Assembly (NCBI GenBank): GCA_964001285.1
Contig: CAXFAF010000006.1
Span: 8,205-72,204 of the forward strand
Direction: 5' to 3'
DNA: 64,000 bases
From: an uncultured bacterium
GTDB lineage: Bacteria; Pseudomonadota; Alphaproteobacteria; MED-G09
Shown in pieces: positions 36,083 to 45,450 of this stretch. Under the pieces are notes generated by a model. That model saw only the letters and a list, made by a program, of their open reading frames with translations, was not told the origin of the DNA and ran no database searches. Position 1 is the first letter of the stretch; each line of letters begins with the position of its first letter. The position numbers and the translations under genes were made by a program.

Positions 36083-37423
36083 TTAATTTTTAACTACCCT
36101 TACATTTTTTCTTCTCGATTTTGAAGAAGGTTGTAGTGCGAGACTCAACTGATCATCGTTAATTTCATATGGGATGTCATTTACTAAAAGATCTTTATAA
36201 AATTTACCATCTTTCATAACTGATACAATGCGATCGTGATCTTGGAGTACTGTTATATCTTCTAATGGGTTACCATCTATAACAACTAAATCAGCAAGTT
36301 TTCCTTCTTCCAGGGTTCCTAAGGAACCATCTGGGTGCATAGCTAACCCACCTAATCTTGTAGCTGAATGAATAGCTTCTGCATTAGTAAATCCAAAATG
36401 AGTTACATAATATTCTAGATCCTTTGCATATGTTCCATGAGGTGTGATGTTGAGACCATAATCACCTCCAACAAGAATACGAATACCAGCAGCCTGCATT
36501 TTTTTATAAGAAATAATCGTTTCTTCAAGTTCTTTCTTATAAGCTATCACTTCCCTGCTGTTTTCATCAAAACCCATATCTTTATAATTTTCTAGGAAGG
36601 TAATTTCCCAAGCTATTGCAGGACCAACAAATACTTTATCTTTATTCTTAACAAGAAGATCAAGTGCCTCATCATCGATATAATTTGCGTGACCAATGAA
36701 GTCTATACCAGCTTTGACAGCCTGTTTAACAGCTTCGGACGATCTTGCGTGACAAGCAACTCTCATTTTTTTTCTATGTGCCTCATCAACAATTACTTCT
36801 ACCTCTTCATCTGTGAAGCCTAAATCACCGGGCCTTCCTTGAAGTGATATAATTTCTCCATCTATCATAACCTTCACTATTTCTGCCCCATTTTTCCATA
36901 ACTGTCTTACCGCTGCTCTTAATTCCCATGGTCCATTCCTTATCATGCCCAAACCTTCTGGAACGATTTGTACATTGTCTGGATAAAAATCAGAATTTCC
37001 TCCTGTAGCAGAAATATCTTTACTTCCAGCTAGAAGACGAGGTCCTGGAATTTCTCCTCTTTCAATAGCTTCTTTTAAAAAGACATCAATTTTATGAACA
37101 GAACCAAAACTAATTGCTGACGTGAAACCAGATCCCAACATCAATCTCGCGTTGGAAATAGTTTTAATCATGGACTCTTCAACAGGAGCTTTGTCTAATT
37201 CCAATGGTCCACTGTTCGAATAAGAAATATGAGCATGTGCTTCAACCATACCAGGCATCACAAATAAACCATTACCATCGATGGTTTGAATATTGTCAGG
37301 AATATCTTCTAAGTTCTTTGAAGGTCCAGCATAGCGAATTAAGTTATTTTCAATCCAAATTGAAGAATCTTCTATAAGTTTATCGCCAGTCCCATCAAAC
37401 AATCTTATGTTTGTTATTAACAT
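36083..37423 (-). CDS. Metal-dependent amidohydrolase family protein
   Basis: 446 aa, with an N-terminal HxH metal site (PGMVEAHAHISY) and the TIM-barrel amidohydrolase layout. Confidence 0.8.
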   Translation of the reverse strand: MLITNIRLFDGTGDKLIEDSSIWIENNLIRYAGPSKNLEDIPDNIQTIDGNGLFVMPGMVEAHAHISYSNSGPLELDKAPVEESMIKTISNARLMLGSGFTSAISFGSVHKIDVFLKEAIERGEIPGPRLLAGSKDISATGGNSDFYPDNVQIVPEGLGMIRNGPWELRAAVRQLWKNGAEIVKVMIDGEIISLQGRPGDLGFTDEEVEVIVDEAHRKKMRVACHARSSEAVKQAVKAGIDFIGHANYIDDEALDLLVKNKDKVFVGPAIAWEITFLENYKDMGFDENSREVIAYKKELEETIISYKKMQAAGIRILVGGDYGLNITPHGTYAKDLEYYVTHFGFTNAEAIHSATRLGGLAMHPDGSLGTLEEGKLADLVVIDGNPLEDITVLQDHDRIVSVMKDGKFYKDLLVNDIPYEINDDQLSLALQPSSKSRRKNVRVVKN

Positions 37424-37434
37424 CTTAATTCCTT

Positions 37435-38415
37435 TTAGTTTTCCAATCTAAGAAGTTTTTTTGCATTATTTGTTAAATCTGGAGCAAAATCTTCTAATTT
37501 TTTTGGCGTATCCCAACCCCCAAAATTGGTACCATAAACTAATCTATCTTCTCCAATTAAGTCAAATAACATTTTTTGAGACTTTTCTCCATGTACATGT
37601 GCGTCGAACCACAAACGCTTGAGTTCATTGACAAATCCATTCTTTTTAACACCCTCAGGAGCCCAATCACGGAATTCAGACATTTCAGAAAAACGCTCTA
37701 TCAAATATGGCATTGCACCTCCACCATGTGATATACAAATATCCAAATCAGGATGACGATCCATAACACCTCCAATAATAAGTGTAGCTACAGCAAGTGT
37801 TTCTTCATATGCATAACCTAACATAATACTCATATCGTATCGTCCCATTCGCCAATCATCAGGACCTTCTGCACCACCAGTAGAGGCAGGGTGTAAGAAT
37901 AAAGGGATATTAAGATCAATTACAGTTTTGTAGAAATCATCTAATCTTGGATCATCAAGTCCAAAAGGATAATCTGTACCTGTTGATACGGCCACAAGCC
38001 CAAGATCCTTAACTGCTCGTTCAAGTTCTTTACATGCTAAATCAACATCTTGCATTGGTAAAGTAGCGGATCCTAATAACCTATCAGGATATTCATTAAT
38101 TGATTCTACCATTGCATCATTATGAATTTTACAAAACTCATTAGCAACATCTCCTTCAATCCTGTGGAACATAGTTAATGGATTGGGAGATAGTAACTGT
38201 AAATCAATTCCTAATTTATCCATGGCTTCGATACGAAGGTTATTTTCCATAAAAATAGTTCCTTCATATTGCATTGGCTTCATTTTATATTCACCAATAC
38301 GAAAATAAGGGATCCCATTTTCATCTAGACCTGTTTCAGGGCCATATTTTCCAGCTTTACCAAAAGCTTTACCCAGAACAATATGGGCGTGAGTATCAAT
38401 TACATTTATTGTCAT
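37435..38415 (-). CDS. Amidohydrolase_2 family protein (ACMSD / LigI / LigW-like decarboxylase-hydrolase)
   Basis: N-terminal IDTHAH, internal FLHP, ISHGGG and Asp positions typical of the ACMSD superfamily. 326 aa. Confidence 0.8.
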   Translation of the reverse strand: MTINVIDTHAHIVLGKAFGKAGKYGPETGLDENGIPYFRIGEYKMKPMQYEGTIFMENNLRIEAMDKLGIDLQLLSPNPLTMFHRIEGDVANEFCKIHNDAMVESINEYPDRLLGSATLPMQDVDLACKELERAVKDLGLVAVSTGTDYPFGLDDPRLDDFYKTVIDLNIPLFLHPASTGGAEGPDDWRMGRYDMSIMLGYAYEETLAVATLIIGGVMDRHPDLDICISHGGGAMPYLIERFSEMSEFRDWAPEGVKKNGFVNELKRLWFDAHVHGEKSQKMLFDLIGEDRLVYGTNFGGWDTPKKLEDFAPDLTNNAKKLLRLEN

Positions 38416-38420
38416 TTTTT

Positions 38421-38771
38421 TTAATCATCCGCAAATAATACTGTTCTCGGATTGCCTTCTTCATCATATACGGATTTATGCTTATCAATTAAATACATTT
38501 GATTTTCAGTTTCTCGTATACCAACAGAATTTAAAGCTTCCACCATTTCTAAATAGGTGTGGTGACTGAAATGGGCTATGAGAGAATCTTCATCTTTCCA
38601 AAGTTCATAAACTTGAATCCTATTTGGAACGCAAGGATCTGCTGCAAAACAATAACTAATGCAACCTTCTTCCTCCGTTCGTGTTGCCAGTTGAATATCG
38701 GCAGTTAATTCAATAGCCTTATCTCTGCCAGCTTCATTTTCAAAATCTAGGGTTGCTGAAATAATAATCAT
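38421..38771 (-). CDS. ABM / Dabb-like monooxygenase domain protein
   Basis: 116 aa ferredoxin-like fold, with ...RTEEEGCISYCFAAD...YELWKDEDSLIAHF. Confidence 0.7.
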   Translation of the reverse strand: MIIISATLDFENEAGRDKAIELTADIQLATRTEEEGCISYCFAADPCVPNRIQVYELWKDEDSLIAHFSHHTYLEMVEALNSVGIRETENQMYLIDKHKSVYDEEGNPRTVLFADD

Positions 38772-38780
38772 GTTTTTCTC

Positions 38781-40118
38781 CTATTCAAAGTAGCTTTCAA
38801 TCATTTCGTGAAATCTTCTTATTCGTTTTTCTTGTCCTGCAAAATATGCCCTGTCAAATCCTCTAGACCTGAGACCATGTTGTTGAAGAATAAATACTGC
38901 TGAATCTTGATCTATAGTTTGGCCAAGACTTTTTTCTCCGAGATCAAAGACTTCATGTTCAGCATATTCTCCTCTTTCTGAAATTCCTACAGTTGTTCTA
39001 ATTGGAGAAGTTTCATGTTCAGGGTTACTTGCATACCACCAATTGTCGAAGACACATTTCTCTGGGTCCGTTGGATGAGGTTTTGCTCTTAAAAAATGGA
39101 ATCCATCTGCCCACAATGAAACTGCAAAATTGGGAAAGAGGGTATAGTGAAAGGCGTCTGTTAATTGTTCATCTCTCAAATTTTTATAATGGGTATATCC
39201 TTTTTTTGGACCTATTTCTCTTTTAGCGATTTGTATGGCTACCCTTGTCTCTTGCCCTTTACCAGAGAAATCATCAGGATTAATTTCCCATTCCTTCATA
39301 ACTGAATTTAGAGGATCTTCTATTTGTCCATCTTCTTGCATAGATCCATACCCGGCTCGCATGATCATTCTGTTATGACCCTCTTCTGATAGGTCAAATT
39401 GTGTATTTTTATAGCTAGTATCAACGCCACTTGGCATTCTTCTTTTTGTTACAGCTCGCTCAGGGGCATGTACTGTTGGGAGATGATAAGATTCATTAAA
39501 ATTATCAAGAATTATTTTCCAATTACAAGGTACATTTACGGTTTGCGCAACATATCTTTTCCATTTATGAATTTCATAAGCTTCCCAATCTTTCCATACT
39601 GGACCTAACCATTCTTTTAATGAAGGCGCTTTTTCATGCATGTTAATCCAAATAAAACCTGCAAATGTTTCTGTTTTAACTTCTTTTAATTTAAGTTTTC
39701 CGCATGGATTTCCTTCAGGAAAATCTTCAGAGTCTTGTGCTTCAATAAGTTCGCCGTCTATTCTCCACTGCCAACCATGATAAGGACATTTGAAAGTTTC
39801 TGTTGATCCAAGATCGTTAAATGTCAATCTTGCTCCTCTGTGTTGGCAAACATTATAAAAAGTTTTTATTTTATTATTATCTTGGCGTATCATTAGGAAG
39901 CTTTCTCTTCCAAATTCTTCCATTTGGTAATCACCAGGTTCAGGAATTTGATCCTCTCTTCCTAAAAGTAACCAAACCTTTGGCCACATATGGGCCCATT
40001 CTTTTTCCATAAATTCTTTAGAATAATAGCGTGTTCCATCGACATCCAATCCTTTAAGATCAGGATTATCCCAAGAAGGACTTTCTTTTTTATACCAATC
40101 TAAATCAATTACATTCAT
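38781..40118 (-). CDS. Rieske non-heme-iron oxygenase alpha subunit (paralog 3)
   Basis: Rieske CQHRGARL...CPYHGW and Fe site DNFNESYHLPTVH. 445 aa. Confidence 0.88.
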   Translation of the reverse strand: MNVIDLDWYKKESPSWDNPDLKGLDVDGTRYYSKEFMEKEWAHMWPKVWLLLGREDQIPEPGDYQMEEFGRESFLMIRQDNNKIKTFYNVCQHRGARLTFNDLGSTETFKCPYHGWQWRIDGELIEAQDSEDFPEGNPCGKLKLKEVKTETFAGFIWINMHEKAPSLKEWLGPVWKDWEAYEIHKWKRYVAQTVNVPCNWKIILDNFNESYHLPTVHAPERAVTKRRMPSGVDTSYKNTQFDLSEEGHNRMIMRAGYGSMQEDGQIEDPLNSVMKEWEINPDDFSGKGQETRVAIQIAKREIGPKKGYTHYKNLRDEQLTDAFHYTLFPNFAVSLWADGFHFLRAKPHPTDPEKCVFDNWWYASNPEHETSPIRTTVGISERGEYAEHEVFDLGEKSLGQTIDQDSAVFILQQHGLRSRGFDRAYFAGQEKRIRRFHEMIESYFE

Positions 40119-40159
40119 CTACACACCTAAATTTTTTATAATCTTTCTTTCTATTAAAT

Positions 40160-40960
40160 TTAAAAAGTAGTATTTCCAATTCCGCCATCTATAACAAGAC
40201 TTTGTCCTATAACATAAGAAGCTTGTTGACTACAAAACATTGCAACAAAAGAACCTAAATCATCAGAAGATCCAAATTTTTTTGCTGGAATCTTCCAATT
40301 TTCAACAAAATTAGCAATTTCTTCATCATAAGATGTTCCATTTTCTTCTGCTAATTTATTATATCTTTCCTTAATGCTCGCAGTATGATGCATTCCGGGC
40401 AATATATTGTTTATCACAACATTATGTTTTGCAACTTTTTTTGAGACTGCTACTGAATAATTTACTAATGCCGCCCTTGGAGGGCCTGATAAAATTCTTA
40501 CTTCAGTTGGTGTTTTAGCTGCACCAGTACCGATATTAACTATACGTCCCCATTTTCTTTCTACCATACCAGGAATTATTGCTTTCATAAATTCTACAGG
40601 ACTAAGAAGTGCAACATCTAAAGTCTGCTTCCATTCATCAGTACTAACCTTTTCGTAGCTGTAAGTAAAAGGTGGAGGGGTGCATGTTCCAACTAAAATA
40701 TCAGGATTAGGACAAGCAGATATAATTTTTTCTCTTCCTTCATCTGTACTGTGATCAGCAACTATAGGCTCTACTTTTACATTAGTAGCTTTTTTAATTT
40801 CTTCACAGGTTTGTAATAATCTATCTTCTCCACGAGCAGAAATAAATAGATCAACACCTTCTTTAGCGAGAGCAAAAGCACTGCCTTTTCCCATTCCTGC
40901 GCTACCGCCATTGATAATTGCTTTTCTACCTTTAATACCTAAATCCATAATTTCCCCCAT
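40160..40960 (-). CDS. Short-chain dehydrogenase/reductase family protein
   Basis: Gly-rich coenzyme loop NGGSAGMGKGSA and Rossmann topology. First gene of the minus-strand operon 40960 to 36083. The catalytic tetrad spacing is atypical. Confidence 0.75.
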   Translation of the reverse strand: MGEIMDLGIKGRKAIINGGSAGMGKGSAFALAKEGVDLFISARGEDRLLQTCEEIKKATNVKVEPIVADHSTDEGREKIISACPNPDILVGTCTPPPFTYSYEKVSTDEWKQTLDVALLSPVEFMKAIIPGMVERKWGRIVNIGTGAAKTPTEVRILSGPPRAALVNYSVAVSKKVAKHNVVINNILPGMHHTASIKERYNKLAEENGTSYDEEIANFVENWKIPAKKFGSSDDLGSFVAMFCSQQASYVIGQSLVIDGGIGNTTF

Positions 40961-40969
40961 ATATTAGTA

Positions 40970-40998
40970 TTGAAACACTATAGTTTGAAAAATTTCAA
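40970..40998. promoter_or_regulatory. Candidate operator: TTGAAA half-sites (direct repeat plus 14-bp palindrome TTGAAA-aa-TTTCAA)
   Basis: TTGAAAcactatagtTTGAAAaaTTTCAA sits in the 117-bp divergent spacer between the SDR-Rieske operon (-) and the KstD-like/NmrA/P450 operon (+). Confidence 0.3.
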
Positions 40999-41077
40999 TA
41001 TTTTTAAAGTTACAACTACCTTTTTTGTCTAGATAAATTAAAAATCTTTTATTAGAGTCCAACTACATTGAGGTAAA

Positions 41078-42712
41078 ATGCAAAAACAATACGATGTTAT
41101 AATACTTGGCGCAGGTGCAAGCGGTATGGCTGCCGCTTTGGCAGTTCATGAAAATGGTTCATCGGTAGGGCTTTTTGAGAAACAGAATCTTGTTGGAGGT
41201 ACAACAGGAGTTTCTGGAGGAATTATTTGGGCCCCTATGAATAGTTATATGAAAGAAAAGGGTATAGCCGATGATAGACAAAAGGCTATAGACTACTTCA
41301 TGTCTTTATCTAACAATGATATAGACCCAAATCTACTTGAATCTTTTATAGATAACTGTTCAACAGCAATAGATTTTATAGAAGAAAAAACCGACGCAAG
41401 TTTTTATATATTAGATGGTTATCCTGATTATTATCTTGATAGACCTGGTGCTTTAGAAGGCGGAGGAAGAGCCTTAGATAATAATCTATTTGATTTTAGT
41501 AAACTTGGAAATTGGGCTGAGAAAGTTAGAGGTAACGGAAAACCAATTCCTATGACTCTTGGGGAAACACCTCTAGGTGGAGGAACAGGTATAGTAGAGG
41601 ATTCTATCATGGGAGAAAGAATTTCAAATGACTCACGAGGAATGGGTCAAGCATTAGTTGGGGCTCTTCTCAAAGGTTGTCTCGACAGAGGCATTGAACC
41701 CCAGCTTGGGATAAATACAAAAAAATTAATTAAAGAAGGAAATAGAATCATTGGTATTGAGATTGATAATAATGGTGAGGCTTTTGAAATCTACGCAAAT
41801 AGAGGTGTCATTATTGCTACTGGAGGCTTCGAATGGAACGAGAATTTAGTAAATAATTTCTTAAGAGGTCCCCTAAATGCTCCTGCGTCACCTCCAGGTA
41901 ATGATGGTGATGGATTAAAATTAACTCAAGAAGTAGGCGCTTCTTTAGGCAATATGACAAGCGCCTGGTGGTCGCCTGTTCTATCAATACCAGGTGATCA
42001 ATGGCCAGAAGGGGGACAAAGGTCAGCTCCAATTTTAATTGAAAGAACTTTACCTCATACAATTATGGTGAATCGATCAGGTAATAGATTTTGTAATGAA
42101 GCAACTAATTATTCTGCAATGGCCGGTGCTTTTCATTTTTTTGACCCCAATGAATATGGGTATCCAAATTTACCAGCATGGTTGATTTTTGATTCAAATT
42201 ATAGAGAAAAATATCCTTTTTCTAATATTATGCCAGGATCTAATGATCCCGAATGGTTTATTAGTTCTGAAAATATAAAGGAATTATCTGAGAAACTTGA
42301 AATAGATTCCAAATCTTTGAAAAATACAATCAAAGTTTTTAACAGTTATGTTGATAACGGTGAAGATCTTGAGTTTGGAAGAGGTAAAAGTGATTACGAT
42401 TCTTTTTATGGAGATAGAACCCAATCAGGTGTCTACACGACCTTAGGAAAAATAGATAAACCGCCCTTTTATGCGGTTAAATTAGATATTGGGGCTTTGG
42501 GAACTAATGGTGGAGCAAGAACTGATAAATTTGGTCGAGTAATTTCTGCCTCAGGAGAAATTATTGACGGTTTGTACACTGTGGGGAATGCTATGGCAGG
42601 TAGTACGGGTTCGGTTTATGCGGGAGCAGGTGGCACCTTGGGTCCAGCATTGACTTATGGTTATCTTGCTGGTTGTCATGCTGCAGGAAATAATTTTGCT
42701 GAAAAGGAGTAA
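41078..42712 (+). CDS. FAD-dependent oxidoreductase, 3-ketosteroid-delta1-dehydrogenase (KstD)-like / fumarate-reductase flavoprotein family
   Basis: N-terminal FAD motif DVIILGAGASGMAAAL, and C-terminal ...GLYTVGNAMAGSTGSVYAGAGGTLGPALTYGYLAG typical of KstD-like enzymes. 544 aa. Confidence 0.82.
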   Translation: MQKQYDVIILGAGASGMAAALAVHENGSSVGLFEKQNLVGGTTGVSGGIIWAPMNSYMKEKGIADDRQKAIDYFMSLSNNDIDPNLLESFIDNCSTAIDFIEEKTDASFYILDGYPDYYLDRPGALEGGGRALDNNLFDFSKLGNWAEKVRGNGKPIPMTLGETPLGGGTGIVEDSIMGERISNDSRGMGQALVGALLKGCLDRGIEPQLGINTKKLIKEGNRIIGIEIDNNGEAFEIYANRGVIIATGGFEWNENLVNNFLRGPLNAPASPPGNDGDGLKLTQEVGASLGNMTSAWWSPVLSIPGDQWPEGGQRSAPILIERTLPHTIMVNRSGNRFCNEATNYSAMAGAFHFFDPNEYGYPNLPAWLIFDSNYREKYPFSNIMPGSNDPEWFISSENIKELSEKLEIDSKSLKNTIKVFNSYVDNGEDLEFGRGKSDYDSFYGDRTQSGVYTTLGKIDKPPFYAVKLDIGALGTNGGARTDKFGRVISASGEIIDGLYTVGNAMAGSTGSVYAGAGGTLGPALTYGYLAGCHAAGNNFAEKE

Positions 42713-42714
42713 TT

Positions 42715-43623
42715 ATGGAAAAAGTTTTGGTTTATGGTGCAAGTGGCGATCAAGGAGTTCCTCTTGTTAATGCGTTAATTAAAAAGGGCTATAAAATTAG
42801 AGCTGCATCAAGATATCCAGAAAAATACAAAAGTGAAATTCAGGGAGATGTAGAGAGTGTAAAGGCTGATCTATTTGATGTTAATACACTTAAAGAAGCT
42901 TGTAGAGATGTTGATTGTATAGCTATGAATTTACCTTTTGTTTTTGATAGAGCGATTGCGAAACAATGGGGAGAAAATATAAATAATGCTGGAAAAGAAA
43001 TGGGTGTTAAGAAAATAGTTTTTAATACAAGTTGTTATGTTGCCCCTAATGATAATGGATTAGAAGCCCATGATGGAAGAAGAGAAATAGAGAAATCTAT
43101 GGAAGAAAGTGGTATGGATTTTGCTGTAATTAGATCGGTGGTTTTTATGGATAATCTATCAAGATTTTGGGCGAAACCTTCGATAGTTAATAGTAATATT
43201 TTTGCTTATCCTTGCAGCGAAACCCTTAAAATTTCTTGGATTTGTCTTGAAGATGTCGCAGCCTTTATGGTCGCAGCCTTATCAAAGAAAGATGTTAAAG
43301 CTGATAAAATTACTGTTGGCGGACCTGAAATATTATTGGGTTCTGAAGTTGCTGAGAAATTTACGAAAGCACTTGGTAGAGAAATAAATTTTCAGAGTTT
43401 AGAACCAAATAGTTTTGCAAGACAAATGAGCAAGTTAGTCACTGGGTCTGAAGAATATGAAAAACCATCCATCTATGGTGGGATGGCAGCTTTTTATAGA
43501 TGGTATAATGAACAAGACCCTTCACCCTTAGCAATTGAAATGGATGAGTTGTATGATAAATTTTCTATAACTCCAACTTATTTTGAGGACTGGATTAAAA
43601 AGCATGATTGGGATAATATCTAA
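42715..43623 (+). CDS. NmrA-like NAD(P)-binding protein (atypical SDR)
   Basis: N-terminal Rossmann VLVYGASGDQGVPLVNALIKKGYKIRAASR. 302 aa, with a 3-nt gap to the upstream gene. Confidence 0.78.
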   Translation: MEKVLVYGASGDQGVPLVNALIKKGYKIRAASRYPEKYKSEIQGDVESVKADLFDVNTLKEACRDVDCIAMNLPFVFDRAIAKQWGENINNAGKEMGVKKIVFNTSCYVAPNDNGLEAHDGRREIEKSMEESGMDFAVIRSVVFMDNLSRFWAKPSIVNSNIFAYPCSETLKISWICLEDVAAFMVAALSKKDVKADKITVGGPEILLGSEVAEKFTKALGREINFQSLEPNSFARQMSKLVTGSEEYEKPSIYGGMAAFYRWYNEQDPSPLAIEMDELYDKFSITPTYFEDWIKKHDWDNI

Positions 43624-43646
43624 TAAGAGGTTTTTAAAATTATGTA

Positions 43647-44891
43647 ATGTCTGACAGTAATATTGAAAAATACAGTTTTTTAGATCCGCTTATTAATAGC
43701 GACCCTTTTGAGTTTTACGAAATGCTTCATAAAGAGCAACCTGTATATAAAATTCCTGAGGTCGGAATTTATATGCTTACAAAATATGATGATATTAGGA
43801 TGGCTCTTAAAGATTTTGAAACATTTTCAAACGATGTCAGTGTAGCGACCCGAGGTGAATTTTCATCGTTACATCAAAATATTCTTACTGATGGTGGAGG
43901 CTGGGAGCATGTTCAGACTCTTCAAAGAACTGATCCTCCTGTTCATAGAAGGTATAGAAAACTTGTCGATAGGGTATTTACTAAGAAAAGAGTAGATGAA
44001 TTATTACCTCATCTCGACGAAGTTGTTAACGAGCTAATTGATAATTTTATTGAAAGTGGAACTTGTGACTTCAATGATGAGTTTGCTATGCGTATGCCTG
44101 GTATCATAATAGCCGAGCAACTTGGTTTATCGAGAGACAATGTTGCTACTTTTAAAAAATGGGCTGACTCAATGTTAGGTGCAAGTAGGGCGCCCATCGC
44201 GACTGAAGAGGAAGTAACTGCAAATGCAAAGATTGAGCTTGAAGCCCAACTTTTTTTGGCTGATGTATTTGAAGATAGAAGAAAAAATCCAAAAGAAGAT
44301 TTGATGTCGGCAATGGTTCACGCTCACGGTGATGATGAAGAGCCTTTATCTATGCATGAACTTCAAAATTTAATGCATCAATTAATTACTGGTGGATATG
44401 AAACAACTCAAAGCGCTATTAATCACGGAATGTGGGCTCTTATAAGATTTCCAGATATTGTAGAAAAACTCTATGAGGATGACTCACTTCTAAAACCTTT
44501 TATTGAGGAGGTTTTAAGATGGGAAAGTCCAGTTCAATTCCTTTTAAGAAGGACGCAAAAAGATGTAGAAGTATCAGGGACAACAATACCTAAGGACTCA
44601 ATGGTCATGATGGGATATGGACCGGCTAATAGAGACGAAAGCAAATTTTCATGCCCTCATCAGTTTCAATTAGATAGAGAAGGTGTTGGTGCGCATGTAG
44701 CTTTTGGTTCAGGCGCGCATCATTGTCCAGGTGCTCTATTAGGCAGACAAGAAATGATTCGTTCTTTCAAATTTCTTATAAAAAGAATGAAAAATATAAA
44801 ACTAGCTAAACCCCTTCAAGAGCCTGTTCACAATTTCAGTTTGTTTTTTATGCCTATGAAGGAATTTTTTATAACTTTTGATAAGCGTTAA
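43647..44891 (+). CDS. Cytochrome P450
   Basis: Heme-thiolate loop FGSGAHHCPGALLG, I-helix ITGGYETT, an ExxR motif and PERF-like regions. 414 aa. Confidence 0.92.
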   Translation: MSDSNIEKYSFLDPLINSDPFEFYEMLHKEQPVYKIPEVGIYMLTKYDDIRMALKDFETFSNDVSVATRGEFSSLHQNILTDGGGWEHVQTLQRTDPPVHRRYRKLVDRVFTKKRVDELLPHLDEVVNELIDNFIESGTCDFNDEFAMRMPGIIIAEQLGLSRDNVATFKKWADSMLGASRAPIATEEEVTANAKIELEAQLFLADVFEDRRKNPKEDLMSAMVHAHGDDEEPLSMHELQNLMHQLITGGYETTQSAINHGMWALIRFPDIVEKLYEDDSLLKPFIEEVLRWESPVQFLLRRTQKDVEVSGTTIPKDSMVMMGYGPANRDESKFSCPHQFQLDREGVGAHVAFGSGAHHCPGALLGRQEMIRSFKFLIKRMKNIKLAKPLQEPVHNFSLFFMPMKEFFITFDKR

Positions 44892-44900
44892 CTAATTTTC

Positions 44901-45434
44901 CTATCTTTGGTATGCGGGATCTTGACGACTTCTACTTGCAGAAGGTCCCGGTGCTTCTAGTTGGCCTTTTTCATTAGCAGGTTCAAATCTGATCCAATCA
45001 TGAACACCCTGTCGTTTAGCTATTTTCCATTCACCATTTCTTCTTTCGAAGCGATCAATATATCTTCCACTAACGAAAACATCCTCATCAATGCTTGTGT
45101 CATGCTCAGCTAAAAAACCCATATCAGATTCTTTACCTTTGGCGATTCTATGATATGCGGTCCAATAAGCTTCAGACCATGCAATATCACCATCTACTTC
45201 AATAAGAAGATTTCCAACAAGATGTTGGGTAAATTCCATTTCAGCTAATATGTCGAAGGCAAAGTTACAGAAATCTGATGATGGACCCTCATATTCTCCA
45301 TGATGATGAATTGAGTCTTCATGGAATACGGATTCTAAAAGTTCCCGATCCATTCTGTCTATTGCTCTGCAGTATCTATATACCACATCTGCTATTTCAA
45401 TCTTATCTGCAGCTATTTCCAATTTTTTATTCAT
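44901..45434 (-). CDS. SnoaL_4 / NTF2-like domain protein (paralog B); positioned like an oxygenase beta subunit
   Basis: 177 aa, with IADVVYRYCRAIDRMDRELLESVFHEDS. Begins 16 nt downstream of Rieske alpha paralog 4 on the same strand. Confidence 0.75.
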   Translation of the reverse strand: MNKKLEIAADKIEIADVVYRYCRAIDRMDRELLESVFHEDSIHHHGEYEGPSSDFCNFAFDILAEMEFTQHLVGNLLIEVDGDIAWSEAYWTAYHRIAKGKESDMGFLAEHDTSIDEDVFVSGRYIDRFERRNGEWKIAKRQGVHDWIRFEPANEKGQLEAPGPSASRSRQDPAYQR

Positions 45435-45450
45435 TATATACCTTCAAAAC

